Positions 1 to 8,898 of a stretch of 64,000 nucleotides of DNA are shown here, one piece after another. The DNA lies in NCBI GenBank assembly GCA_030593145.1, contig JAUVHU010000004.1, forward strand, positions 8,548 to 72,547, given 5' to 3'. Origin of the DNA: Desulfobacteraceae bacterium (GTDB lineage: Bacteria > Desulfobacterota > Desulfobacteria > Desulfobacterales > ETH-SRB1). Numbering within the stretch: the first letter of the stretch is position 1; each line of letters begins with the position of its first letter. The notes under the pieces are model-generated. The model was given only the letters and a program-made list of their open reading frames with translations. It was not told the origin of the DNA and made no database searches. Made by a program: the position numbers and the translations under genes.

Positions 1-26
1 ACAGCCATGAGGCAGTTAAATGCTCT

Positions 27-64
27 CCCCTCTCTAAGTACTATGTCCGGTATTTAGAGAGGGG
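27..64 (-). terminator. Hairpin just downstream of the 83..1696 gene; possible terminator without a clear U-tract
   Basis: 11-bp inverted repeat CCCCTCTCTAA (27-37) / TTAGAGAGGGG (54-64). It lies 19 nt beyond the stop codon at 83-85. Confidence 0.35.
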
Positions 65-82
65 GACATTTCAGGAATTATA

Positions 83-1696
83 TCAAACCCCCTGATTAAC
101 AACCTTATTACAGGCATGGGCGAAGTCTTCGGGATAATGCCCGATAATCCAGCGAGATAGCCACTCACTGTAAGTTCCCGGCGATTTAGGATGACGGGGA
201 ATAAAAGTGTACATAAGCCGCTGGTCATTGTCCGGATTATCAAACCTCTTGGATGTTTCGTAACAAATCATCATTTCCACGCCTAATTTCTCCAGCACCC
301 TTACAGTTGTCAAAATAGCCGTGTCGAGAGATCTCCTTACTGTAGAATTTGCTTCAAGGATATTGCCGCACTTTGTTGTGGCCATAATCTGTACTTCTCC
401 TTGAGAGCGCTGGGCTTTAGGTACAAAAGCTATGATGTTTTCGTCCTGATAGAAAATAAGGCTTTTTGCCTTGTCTTCTCTGCCATCCATTCTCCTGTTA
501 TTTTTTATGGCATTAAGGTATGTTTCAAAGAAGTTTTTGCCGGTACTACTTCTGAATCGGCGGCTGAAGCGAGCCACTTCATCTCCTTGAGTATAGGTTG
601 GAAATAAAGTATGGCTTTCATCATTTTTCCCATTGATAAAACCCGGAGTATATTTGGGCACTATGGCAAATTGCTGGTGTATTTGCTGGTGAGAGGCATT
701 GAGACGATATCCTGAAGGAGATAGATCAAATCCGAAATTCCATCCCCACATTGACGCGTTAAAGGGCAAATTGTTTTTATCTTCTTCATGATGTTTTGTG
801 GTTTTAAGAAGATGTATCCGCAAAGACTCTAACTCTTCTTCGGTGAGAGTACGTTTTTTTGCGGGAATGGAAATGCCCAGACTCTGGGCGAGCTGTGTGT
901 AAATCCTCTGGTAGTATAAATGCCTGAGACCGATCAAATCTTCTTTCTTAAGCGCTTTTATTTTATACCTGATGGAATCATGCGCCATATTTGCCGCATA
1001 ATGTCCCCATGGAATATAGCTGTTTTCTCTCAGATATTCCCAGATATGAGTGCCGGCAGATTTTTTATACTCTCCCACAATTTTATTAGGGCCCTGGATG
1101 CCTGGGATAAGTACCATTGCCTGCTTATAAGTATCAGGTAAAAAAGGATTGTTGGATACGATTTCAAATAAATGGTGGTTTTTAATTGCCTGTCGAATTT
1201 TTCCATTTTTTGTTTTTTCATATTTAATTCCAACAGGCTCTCCTGTGTGTGGGTCAAACTCAAACAAGCACGACTTTTGGGCTAACTCGATAAGCAAATC
1301 CGCGTCCGTGGACATTCGACCTAATGATATAAAAAGCGCATCATTATTTTTGACTTCTTCTGTACCGGGTTTTAATTTCGAAGATTTGTGTTTGTTGATA
1401 GTTTCGAAAGGATTCGCATTTTCTGTTCTTTTGTCGGCGCTTGACTTTAATATAAAAGTTGCGCCCATAAAAGGAAACGGGTTGGAGATCTCGAATACCC
1501 AGTCCGCGTTATCAATTCTTACATCATTTGCGGGAAAGTTGATTTTGTTCTCAACAACGGTTTTGCCGTTAATATGTCCAAGCGTTGTTATGTGATCTTT
1601 TTCCCTGAGATTGATAACCGTGTAATCGGGCTTGTGAATGCCGTAAACAAATTCACCGGAAATTGATACGCAGGTTCTTACAGACAATTTATTCAT
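83..1696 (-). CDS. Conserved hypothetical protein (537 aa); function not recognised
   Basis: Longest uninterrupted ORF in this region. The opposite-strand ORFs are short shadow ORFs. It is divergent from birA. I cannot assign any catalytic motif with confidence. Confidence 0.6.
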   Translation of the reverse strand: MNKLSVRTCVSISGEFVYGIHKPDYTVINLREKDHITTLGHINGKTVVENKINFPANDVRIDNADWVFEISNPFPFMGATFILKSSADKRTENANPFETINKHKSSKLKPGTEEVKNNDALFISLGRMSTDADLLIELAQKSCLFEFDPHTGEPVGIKYEKTKNGKIRQAIKNHHLFEIVSNNPFLPDTYKQAMVLIPGIQGPNKIVGEYKKSAGTHIWEYLRENSYIPWGHYAANMAHDSIRYKIKALKKEDLIGLRHLYYQRIYTQLAQSLGISIPAKKRTLTEEELESLRIHLLKTTKHHEEDKNNLPFNASMWGWNFGFDLSPSGYRLNASHQQIHQQFAIVPKYTPGFINGKNDESHTLFPTYTQGDEVARFSRRFRSSTGKNFFETYLNAIKNNRRMDGREDKAKSLIFYQDENIIAFVPKAQRSQGEVQIMATTKCGNILEANSTVRRSLDTAILTTVRVLEKLGVEMMICYETSKRFDNPDNDQRLMYTFIPRHPKSPGTYSEWLSRWIIGHYPEDFAHACNKVVNQGV

Positions 1697-1954
1697 GTAT
1701 TTTCCTCTGGGGCGGTTTTTGCAAACCCTTATGCATCAAGATCTCAGCACATTTCCTCGCAAAAAATCGCTCAAATTAGGTTTAAATAATTTTTATAACA
1801 GGCAGAGATGTTCTGTGGTATTATACGCTATAATATCAGAACGTTAAGCCTTTTGCCTTTGTTCTTAAGATTTAATCATGCAAAGTGTTCTGTCAAGCAA
1901 ATTATTCAAATTCTCAAATAGCTATTATAAACAGGATTGACAAATAATATTCAG

Positions 1955-1988
1955 TTCGTTAACTTTAAATATATGTCAGGTTAACGAA
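1955..1988 (+). promoter_or_regulatory. Predicted BirA operator (bioO) overlapping the birA-bioY promoter
   Basis: Perfect inverted repeat TTCGTTAAC-N16-GTTAACGAA, 36 nt upstream of the birA ATG. TTGACA at 1937-1942 lies just upstream. It resembles the known TGTTAACC-N14-16-GGTTAACA class of BirA sites. Confidence 0.6.
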
Positions 1989-2023
1989 AACAATTTATTG
2001 ATCGAGTTTATGCTGTAAAATAA

Positions 2024-2944
2024 ATGAAAGGTAAAATACTTAAAATATTAAAAGCCGAGCAGGGGGTTGTTTCAGGTGAAGCGATTAGTTCTGAGCTGGG
2101 CATTTCAAGGGTTTCTGTCTGGAAGCACCTGCAGAAGCTCCAGGAGTTTGGTTATAATATTGATGCATCACCTATGGGGTATCGGCTTATAAGCTCTCCT
2201 GATGTTCTTTTTCCCTGGGAATTTCCGGACAGAGAGAGAAAAATTCATTTTTTTCCTGAAGTTACTTCAACAATGGATATTGCCAGAGATTTTGCAAGGA
2301 AGGGTTGTCCTCATTTTACTGTAGTGGTTGCAGGGTGCCAGAACAGGGGCAGGGGGCGTTTGAAAAGGACATGGCTTTCTTCACAAGGGGGGCTATACTT
2401 TACCACTATACTCAGGCCGCAAATATCTCCTGTTTTAAGTTTAAGGGTTAATTTCGCGGCTTCCCTTATTCTTGCCCAAACTCTGAATAATATGTTTGAT
2501 ATTAATGCCAGGGTCAAATGGCCAAACGATATTCTGGTTGATGGCAGGAAGATATCAGGAATACTTTCGGAAATAGAGGCAGAGGCGGATATTGTTTCCT
2601 TTATTAATGTGGGCATTGGGATAAATATCAATAATGATCCCACAGATAGCGAACCAAAGGCGGTTTCGTTAAAGCAGTTATCAGGCAGCGAAATATCAAG
2701 GAAAAGGCTGCTTTCGGATTTCCTGGATAATTTTGAAAAATGTATTAACAGCAAGGCGCTGGATAATATAATCCAGGAATGGAAAAAATATACTGTGACC
2801 CTTAACCGGTATGTTAAAATTGTAACCCACCATGAGGTATTAGAAGGTATTGCCGTTGATTTGGATGAAAACGGCGCCTTGATATTGGAACTCGCTGATG
2901 GATCAACGAAAAAGGTTCTGTATGGTGATTGTTTCCATAAGTAG
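2024..2944 (+). CDS. birA: Bifunctional biotin-[acetyl-CoA-carboxylase] ligase / biotin operon repressor
   Basis: N-terminal HTH (ISRVSVWKHLQKLQEFGY), biotin-ligase glycine-rich loop GRGRLKRTW and KWPNDI motif; 306 aa. Confidence 0.9.
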   Translation: MKGKILKILKAEQGVVSGEAISSELGISRVSVWKHLQKLQEFGYNIDASPMGYRLISSPDVLFPWEFPDRERKIHFFPEVTSTMDIARDFARKGCPHFTVVVAGCQNRGRGRLKRTWLSSQGGLYFTTILRPQISPVLSLRVNFAASLILAQTLNNMFDINARVKWPNDILVDGRKISGILSEIEAEADIVSFINVGIGININNDPTDSEPKAVSLKQLSGSEISRKRLLSDFLDNFEKCINSKALDNIIQEWKKYTVTLNRYVKIVTHHEVLEGIAVDLDENGALILELADGSTKKVLYGDCFHK

Positions 2945-3075
2945 TGTCCATCCACAAATGGCATCTTTCGGCCCCTGGCGGCGTTCTCGCTTTTTTGTAA
3001 TCCTCGGAATAGGCGCAGGTTGCAAAAACGCTTGAGCCTTGCCAGGAACCAAAATCTACCACTTGTGGATGGACA
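2944..3075. repeat. GTGTCCATCC-type long hairpin element, copy 1
   Basis: Ends GTGTCCATCCACAAATGG / CCACTTGTGGATGGACA are inverted repeats and the interior is also self-complementary. A second copy lies at 44199-44340. It starts on the G of the birA TAG stop. Confidence 0.75.
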
Positions 3076-3099
3076 ATAAGTAAATTTGTAAGGTAAAAA

Positions 3100-3633
3100 A
3101 TGAACTCATCAACACAAATCCGCATGACCGCGTATGCCTCGCTTCTTGCAGCTTTAACAGCAGCAGGCGCGTATTTATCAATACCCATAGGTCCGGTTCC
3201 CATTGTCCTGCAGAACTTTTTCATACTTCTGACAGGTCTTTTATTGGGGAGCAGATGGGGGTTTGCAAGTGTCGCGATATATCTTCTGGCCGGAGCTTGC
3301 GGCTTTCCTGTATTCTCCGGCGGCACAGGAGGTTTTGGTCGTATTATTGGGCCTACCGGAGGATATCTTGTAGGGTATTTGCCGGCTGTATATATTATCG
3401 GAGCTATATCGGAAAAAACCGGACAGAAAGCTGTTTTTGATGTCATTGCAATGTGTTGCGGTTCAATAATCGTATATGTATTTGGTGTTGCCTGGCTTAA
3501 GGTATTAACAGGTATGTCCTGGTCTAACACACTGGCCGTGGGTATGTTTCCTTTTATTCCAGGTGATGCGCTGAAGATTGCCGCGGCTGTTCCGATTGCA
3601 AAGACCCTGCGGCCAATAATGAGGAAGTGGTAA
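3100..3633 (+). CDS. bioY: Biotin transporter S component BioY
   Basis: 177-aa polytopic membrane protein with the BioY-like segment FSGGTGGFGRIIGPTGGYLVGYL. It sits next to birA and ECF A/T genes. Confidence 0.85.
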   Translation: MNSSTQIRMTAYASLLAALTAAGAYLSIPIGPVPIVLQNFFILLTGLLLGSRWGFASVAIYLLAGACGFPVFSGGTGGFGRIIGPTGGYLVGYLPAVYIIGAISEKTGQKAVFDVIAMCCGSIIVYVFGVAWLKVLTGMSWSNTLAVGMFPFIPGDALKIAAAVPIAKTLRPIMRKW

Positions 3634-3635
3634 AT

Positions 3636-3993
3636 TTGATGAACTCGTAAAAAGTCATTTTTTCACCACGAAGAGCACGAAGAACACAAAGAAATTATAA
3701 AACCCAAGATTAGCGATCAGCTCTTAGCAATTAGCGGTTAGCTCTCCCGCCGTGCTCGCGCCCGCCCGCCGTGCTCGCGCCCGCCCGCCGTGCTCGCGCA
3801 CTGTCGCGGCAGGTCGCGGCAGGTATTATTTCGGGTGGTTACCAGCGATTCGATTTTCACCCATTGGGTGAAATCTTGACTTTTAGCAATATATTAAAAT
3901 TATTGTGCTAACCGCTAAAAGCTAATGGCTAATTGCTCATTTTAGTTGAAAGCATTATTTCTAATCTTCGTGTTTCTTCGTGCTCTTCGTGGT
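3636..3993. repeat. Composite ~360-bp palindromic intergenic element between bioY and bioM
   Basis: Starts with the box TTGATGAACTCGTAAAAAGTC. Outer perfect 20-bp inverted repeat ACCACGAAGAGCACGAAGAA (3665-3684 / 3974-3993). Inner imperfect arms TTAGCAATTAGCGGTTAGC / GCTAACCGCTAAAAGCTAATGGCTAATTGC. The core is GC-rich. Confidence 0.8.
3746..3823. repeat. GC-rich short tandem repeats in the core of the bioY-bioM element
   Basis: CCCGCCGTGCTCGCGCCCG (19 nt) x about 2.8, followed by GTCGCGGCAG x2. Confidence 0.8.
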
Positions 3994-4014
3994 TTATTTT
4001 TTTTGTAAGGGGAA

Positions 4015-4764
4015 ATGAATATTCTTGAAATTGAAAATATCAGTCATCGCTTTTCAGACGGCACTCTTGGTATAGACCGTATCAACCTTACGATCAGGGA
4101 AGGTGAGTTTGTTGTAATCGCAGGCCGGAACGGTTCAGGCAAGACAACCTTTTTGCGGCATTTAAACGGGCTTCTTTTGCCTGATACAGGAATAGTCAGG
4201 ATTGCAGGGGTTCCGGTGTCAGAGGACATTGTAAGAGCAAGGCAGATTGTGGGTATGGTATTTCAGGATTCCGATAGCCAGATAGTTGGTGAAACAGTGT
4301 ATGATGATGTGGTGTTCGGTCCGGAAAACCTTTGCCTGGACAAATCCGAGGTAAAAAAACGTGCGTCTGAAGCATTAAAATCAGTGGGTTTGGAAGATTT
4401 TGCCGATCAAAGGCCTTATTTGCTTTCCGGCGGAGAGAAGAGAAGGCTTGCGGTGGCAGGTGTTCTTGCCATGAAGCCCAGGGTTGTGGTTTTTGACGAG
4501 CCCTTTTCAAACCTTGATTATTCCGGGACGAAACAGGTTTTAAATCAGATTGTCAGCCTGCATAATTCAGGGCATACAATACTTGTTGCGACACACGATC
4601 TGGAAAAGATTATAGCGCTTGCCGATCGTCTGATTATAATGGAGGACGGAAGAGTTGTGATGGACGGGTTGCCTGAAGATGTTATTATGAAAGTCGAAGC
4701 GTTTGGCGTAAGAGAGCCGTGCGCTTTACGTCTGGGTATGAAGATTGAATCATGGCTGAGCTGA
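4015..4764 (+). CDS. bioM: ECF transporter ATPase (BioM/EcfA/CbiO family)
   Basis: Walker A GRNGSGKTT, signature LSGGEKRR, Walker B VVVFDEP. It lies in the bioY context. Confidence 0.85.
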   Translation: MNILEIENISHRFSDGTLGIDRINLTIREGEFVVIAGRNGSGKTTFLRHLNGLLLPDTGIVRIAGVPVSEDIVRARQIVGMVFQDSDSQIVGETVYDDVVFGPENLCLDKSEVKKRASEALKSVGLEDFADQRPYLLSGGEKRRLAVAGVLAMKPRVVVFDEPFSNLDYSGTKQVLNQIVSLHNSGHTILVATHDLEKIIALADRLIIMEDGRVVMDGLPEDVIMKVEAFGVREPCALRLGMKIESWLS

Positions 4765-5528
4765 CCCCCTTTAGTTATCGTCCAGGGGTTTCTGTCCTCC
4801 ATCTGCAGGATGTTCGATTTAAGCTTGTATTTATTGTTTTTATCAGCATTGCAAGCATGAAAGCATGTTTTATGTCCCTTTCTGTGTTATCCTTCGCACT
4901 TTTTTCAGCTATATTAATTATTCATCTCCCTTTTAAATCAATTTTAAAAGAGCTTCGTTATTTTTTTGTTTTCCTTATCTTTGTATTTGCTGCCAGGGCA
5001 CTATGCACTTCTGGAACACCGTTAATTGAATTTATGGGGATAGATGTTACCCTGCAGGGCATGTATGATGGAACACTGGTTTGCTGGCGCATGCTGTTGG
5101 TTGTATTGGTTGGATTGTTATTTGTTTCAACTACAAGGTCATCAGAAACCAGAGCCGCAATTGAGTGGTTTTTAAACCCTTTTCCGTTTATTCCGGGAAA
5201 AAGGGTTGCAACTATGATGAGTTTGATTGTTCGATTTATTCCTGTTATTTTCAAGCAGGCAAAAGAAACTTCCGATGCGCAGCGGGCGCGTGGAGTAGAA
5301 AACAGGAAAAATCCGGTCTATCGATTAATGAAGCTGGCTGTTCCGCTTATCCGTCGAACCTTTGAAAGCGCTGACAAACTTGCTGTTGCCATGGAAGCAA
5401 GATGCTATTCAGAAAAACGTATAAATACAAAGCTTTATGCGAACAGATCCGACTGGATAGCTCTTTTTTTAGTTCTTTGCCTGTGTGTCTTGCTGTCAGT
5501 AATTGACATGTTTGAATGTCTGTACTAA
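4752..5528 (+). CDS. bioN: ECF transporter transmembrane T component (BioN/EcfT/CbiQ family)
   Basis: 258-aa membrane protein that overlaps bioM by 13 nt. It has the conserved cytoplasmic-loop style motif ETSDAQRARG. Confidence 0.8.
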   Translation: MAELTPFSYRPGVSVLHLQDVRFKLVFIVFISIASMKACFMSLSVLSFALFSAILIIHLPFKSILKELRYFFVFLIFVFAARALCTSGTPLIEFMGIDVTLQGMYDGTLVCWRMLLVVLVGLLFVSTTRSSETRAAIEWFLNPFPFIPGKRVATMMSLIVRFIPVIFKQAKETSDAQRARGVENRKNPVYRLMKLAVPLIRRTFESADKLAVAMEARCYSEKRINTKLYANRSDWIALFLVLCLCVLLSVIDMFECLY

Positions 5529-5614
5529 GGATTGTTGATTGTCGATTGTTGATTGAAAAGATAGAGCTAAGCGATTCCATCAATCATCAATCATCAATCA
5601 TAAATCATCAATCC
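5529..5614. repeat. Word-repeat hairpin (TTGATTG / CAATCAT arms)
   Basis: Left arm GGATTGTTGATTGTCGATTGTTGATTGA is complementary to right arm TCAATCATCAATCATCAATCATAAATCATCAATCC. It lies between the bioN stop and the trkA start. Confidence 0.75.
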
Positions 5615-5631
5615 AAACAGGAGCATACTAA

Positions 5632-6996
5632 TTGAGAGTCGTAATAGTTGGTTCAGGTGAAGTCGGTTTTCATATCGCGAGCCGTATGGTAGTTGAAAAT
5701 AAAGATGTGGTTATAATTGACAATAATCTTGAAGCCATCCGCCGCGTGTCTGAAAATCTTGACGTCCAGGTAGTATATGGGTCTGGAAGCAGTCCTGTAT
5801 CATTAGAGGAGGCCGGTATTAAAGAGGCCGAGATACTCATCGCAGTGACAAACAGCGATGAAGTAAACCTGGTTGCATGTCTTGTCGCAAACATTATCTC
5901 TCCATCAACAAAGAAGATTATACGACTACGTGATGCTGACTTTGATCAATATCATGATAATTTTCATAATCACGCGCCAAACATTGATACATTAATCAAT
6001 CCTGAAATCGAAGTTGTAAAAACAATTTACAGACTTATGATTACTCCTGGTGTGGTAGATATAGGAAAATTTACAGATGGCAACATCAAATTTGTAGGAG
6101 TGCGTTTAGACGAAAAAGCACGGCTTGTCGGCATCCGTCTTTCCGATCTTACCCGGATCTCAGAAACGGAAAGGCCGCTTATTGTTGCGATCATCCGTGA
6201 TGAAAAACTGATTATTCCAGGGGGAGCTGACAAGCTGAAGGCTGATGATCTCATATATTTTATCAGTGAAGAGGAAAAACTGATAGATACCCTCGCTGTT
6301 TTTGATAAACACTCAGAACCTGTACGCCGTACTCTTATTATTGGAGGAGGTCGTATCGGGTTAAGACTGGCAAAGCTGCTTGAGGATAAATCTATCCATA
6401 CAAAGATAATTGAAAAAAATCAGGATCGATGCGCCGAACTTGCAGGGTTGCTGGACAAGACTGTTGTTCTGCATGGCAATGGTTCTGACCAGAGCCTCCT
6501 TAATGAGGAAAATATTCAGGATGTTGATGTTGTTATTTCGCTTACGAATGATGAGGAGATAAACATTTTAGTTTCACTTCTCGCAAAACAGATGGGGGCA
6601 AAAAAAACAATAACAAAAATCAGTAAATTCAATTATTTTCCGTTGATGTCAACAATCGGTATTGAACAGGTTGTCAGCCCGAGGCTTTCGGCGATAAACA
6701 CGATTTTACAGCATATTCGCCGTGGCAAAGTACTTTCATCGATATCGATCAAAGGAGAACAGGCTGAATTTATGGAGGCGGAGGCTCTTGAAACTTCGGA
6801 CATCGTGGGCAGGCCATTAAAGGATGTATCATTTCCAAAAGGGGCACTTGTTAGTGGAATTATAAGAGGTGAGAATATGATTATTCCTTCCGGTGACAGC
6901 GTGATCTACCCGGGAGACAAAATCATAATATTTGCAAGAAGACAGGCCATTCCCAAGGTTGAAAAGATCCTTATGGTGAAACTGGAGTATTTTTAA
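5632..6996 (+). CDS. trkA: Trk potassium uptake system NAD-binding subunit TrkA (TTG start)
   Basis: Two Rossmann GxGxxG motifs (VIVGSGEVG, IIGGGRIG), each followed by an RCK_C-like region; 454 aa. Confidence 0.9.
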   Translation: MRVVIVGSGEVGFHIASRMVVENKDVVIIDNNLEAIRRVSENLDVQVVYGSGSSPVSLEEAGIKEAEILIAVTNSDEVNLVACLVANIISPSTKKIIRLRDADFDQYHDNFHNHAPNIDTLINPEIEVVKTIYRLMITPGVVDIGKFTDGNIKFVGVRLDEKARLVGIRLSDLTRISETERPLIVAIIRDEKLIIPGGADKLKADDLIYFISEEEKLIDTLAVFDKHSEPVRRTLIIGGGRIGLRLAKLLEDKSIHTKIIEKNQDRCAELAGLLDKTVVLHGNGSDQSLLNEENIQDVDVVISLTNDEEINILVSLLAKQMGAKKTITKISKFNYFPLMSTIGIEQVVSPRLSAINTILQHIRRGKVLSSISIKGEQAEFMEAEALETSDIVGRPLKDVSFPKGALVSGIIRGENMIIPSGDSVIYPGDKIIIFARRQAIPKVEKILMVKLEYF

Positions 6997-8444
6997 TGCG
7001 CTGGCGTTATATCCTGAATGTCGTTGGTATTTTAATCCTTTTTTTTGGATTAACCATGATATTTCCTCTATTAGTCGGCCTTTATTATAAGGATCAAAGC
7101 GTAATCCCTATCTTGAAGTCAATGGGGATTACAATAATTTCCGGGTTGTTGGTCCACCTGTATTTCAGGCGCGCGAAAGCGGAGTTCATCAGCCAGCGGG
7201 AAGGCATAGCAATTGTGGCTGTTAGCTGGACGGCTGTAGGACTGTTCGGCGCGTTGCCTTTTTATCTTGGTGGTGAATTCAGCGTTTTTGTGGATGCTTT
7301 TTTTGAGTCAGTTTCAGGGTTCACGACAACCGGGGCATCGGTTTTAACTAATGTGGAAGCGGTATCAAAAGGGCTTCTTTTCTGGCGAAGCTTTATCCAG
7401 TGGCTTGGCGGGATGGGTATCATAGTTCTATCGATTGCAATTCTGCCGTTTTTAGGTGTTGGAGGCATGCAGCTTTTTAAGGCAGAGGTGCCCAGCCCTG
7501 TTCCTGATAAACTCAAGCCGCGCATCAGAGATACCGCAATGATGTTATGGAAAGTATACGCGCTCTTTTCTGCGGTAGAGGTAATCCTTTTATTGATAGG
7601 AGGGATGGATTTTTATGAAGCCCTGTGTCACACTTTCACAACAATGCCCACAGGGGGATTTTCAACAAAAAATGCTTCAATCGCTCATTTCAACAGCGTA
7701 TATTTTGATGTTGTGATTATTGTTTTTATGCTGCTTGCGGGCATAAATTTTTCTCTCCATTACCAGATGCTCAGGGGAAAACCGCTTGCTTTCTGGCGTG
7801 ATACAGAGTGCCGCTTTTTTCTCGGTTTTGTTCTTCTGCTAATTATCATTGTTTCTTTTAATATTTATGGTCCCATATATGAAAAAATCGGCCAGGCGCT
7901 GAGATTTGGAACTTTTCAGGTAGTTTCAATTATAACAACAACAGGCTATGCCACTGCCGACTATGAAAAATGGCCCGCCATGTCCCAGCTTATCCTTTTG
8001 TTTTGTATGTTTATTGGGGCATCAGCAGGTTCCACAGGCGGCGGAATGAAGTGCGTCCGGGTCCTGCTTTGTTTTAAATTTTGCTACAAAGAGCTGTTTG
8101 CCCTTATTCATCCACGTGCAGTCAAACAAATAAAAATCGGGGGCAAATCCGTATCTGATGATATTATGAGAAGCATCCTGGGCTTTCTCGCGCTTTATAT
8201 GAGTATTTTTGCTTTTTGCGCTATTCTGCTCGCTGGAATGGGAGTAGATTTTGTAACATCCTTTGGAGCTGTTGCAGCCACAATCGGAAACATAGGGCCG
8301 GGTTTTGGACTTGTAGGGCCGGTTGAAAACTATGCACAGATACCTTACTTGGGCAAATGGCTTCTTATATGGTGCATGCTTTTGGGAAGGCTCGAAATTT
8401 ATACGGTAATAATTCTTCTTGTGCCTGAATTCTGGCGAAAATAA
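6996..8444 (+). CDS. trkH: Trk potassium uptake transmembrane subunit TrkH
   Basis: 482-aa polytopic protein with selectivity-filter-like GFTTTGAS / TTTGYAT motifs. Its start is coupled to the trkA stop (ATG at 6996). Confidence 0.9.
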   Translation: MRWRYILNVVGILILFFGLTMIFPLLVGLYYKDQSVIPILKSMGITIISGLLVHLYFRRAKAEFISQREGIAIVAVSWTAVGLFGALPFYLGGEFSVFVDAFFESVSGFTTTGASVLTNVEAVSKGLLFWRSFIQWLGGMGIIVLSIAILPFLGVGGMQLFKAEVPSPVPDKLKPRIRDTAMMLWKVYALFSAVEVILLLIGGMDFYEALCHTFTTMPTGGFSTKNASIAHFNSVYFDVVIIVFMLLAGINFSLHYQMLRGKPLAFWRDTECRFFLGFVLLLIIIVSFNIYGPIYEKIGQALRFGTFQVVSIITTTGYATADYEKWPAMSQLILLFCMFIGASAGSTGGGMKCVRVLLCFKFCYKELFALIHPRAVKQIKIGGKSVSDDIMRSILGFLALYMSIFAFCAILLAGMGVDFVTSFGAVAATIGNIGPGFGLVGPVENYAQIPYLGKWLLIWCMLLGRLEIYTVIILLVPEFWRK

Positions 8445-8548
8445 CAGAAGATTGTTAAGTTGTTTTTGAGTTTTCAAATTTCTGAAAATATAATAGAATA
8501 TTTTTGTTGACAGAAACAAAATATGTGTTCTAATAGTTTCTTTTTTAT

Positions 8549-8624
8549 GGGCCGTTAACTCAGTTGGTAGAGTATCTGCCTTTTAAGCAGAGAGTCGCGC
8601 GTTCGAGTCGCGCACGGCCCACCA
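8549..8624 (+). tRNA. tRNA-Lys (anticodon UUU), CCA encoded
   Basis: Cloverleaf read by eye: acceptor GGGCCGT/ACGGCCC, anticodon stem TCTGC/GCAGA with loop CTTTTAA, T-arm GCGCG-TTCGAGT-CGCGC. Confidence 0.9.
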
Positions 8625-8627
8625 TGC

Positions 8628-8705
8628 GTCCCCATCGTCTAGCCTGGTCCAGGACACCGGCTTTTCACGCCGGCAGCAGGGGTTCGAATCCCCTTGGGGA
8701 CGCCA
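8628..8705 (+). tRNA. tRNA-Glu (anticodon UUC), CCA encoded
   Basis: Acceptor GTCCCCA/TGGGGAC, anticodon stem CCGGC/GCCGG with loop TTTTCAC, T-arm AGGGG-TTCGAAT-CCCCT. It closely resembles canonical bacterial tRNA-Glu. Confidence 0.9.
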
Positions 8706-8715
8706 CAAATAAATC

Positions 8716-8752
8716 AAGCGGTTAATCAAAATACTGGTTAACCGCTTTTTTT
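8716..8752 (+). terminator. Rho-independent terminator after the tRNA pair
   Basis: AAGCGGTTAA ... TTAACCGCTT stem followed by a T7 run. Confidence 0.8.
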
Positions 8753-8898
8753 AATGCAAAAGGGTGCAGATTCAGGGAGTCCTTTGCAAAACGCCACTTT
8801 TTACGATGCCATCAAACTTACCTTGCTTTTAATTTTAGAATATAATAATTATTAAGCTTCGTCTTTATTGAGGGGCTGGTTTTACTTTGAGGTGAGGA

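Noticed and set aside
2311-3530. Long minus-strand ORFs (217 aa and 238 aa) antisense to birA and bioY
   Set aside because: These are shadow ORFs opposite clearly recognisable genes. They have low-complexity Pro/Ser-rich translations and no RBS.
3746-3823. GC-rich 19-nt tandem repeats as a possible CRISPR array
   Set aside because: The units are directly adjacent with no spacers. There are only about 3 copies, and no cas genes are present. They form the core of a larger palindrome.
8549-8705. The tRNA-Lys/tRNA-Glu pair (and tRNA-Gly at 43672-43747) as integration sites of genomic islands
   Set aside because: No integrase gene and no duplicated tRNA 3' segment appear next to any of the tRNAs. 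The flanking genes are housekeeping genes.
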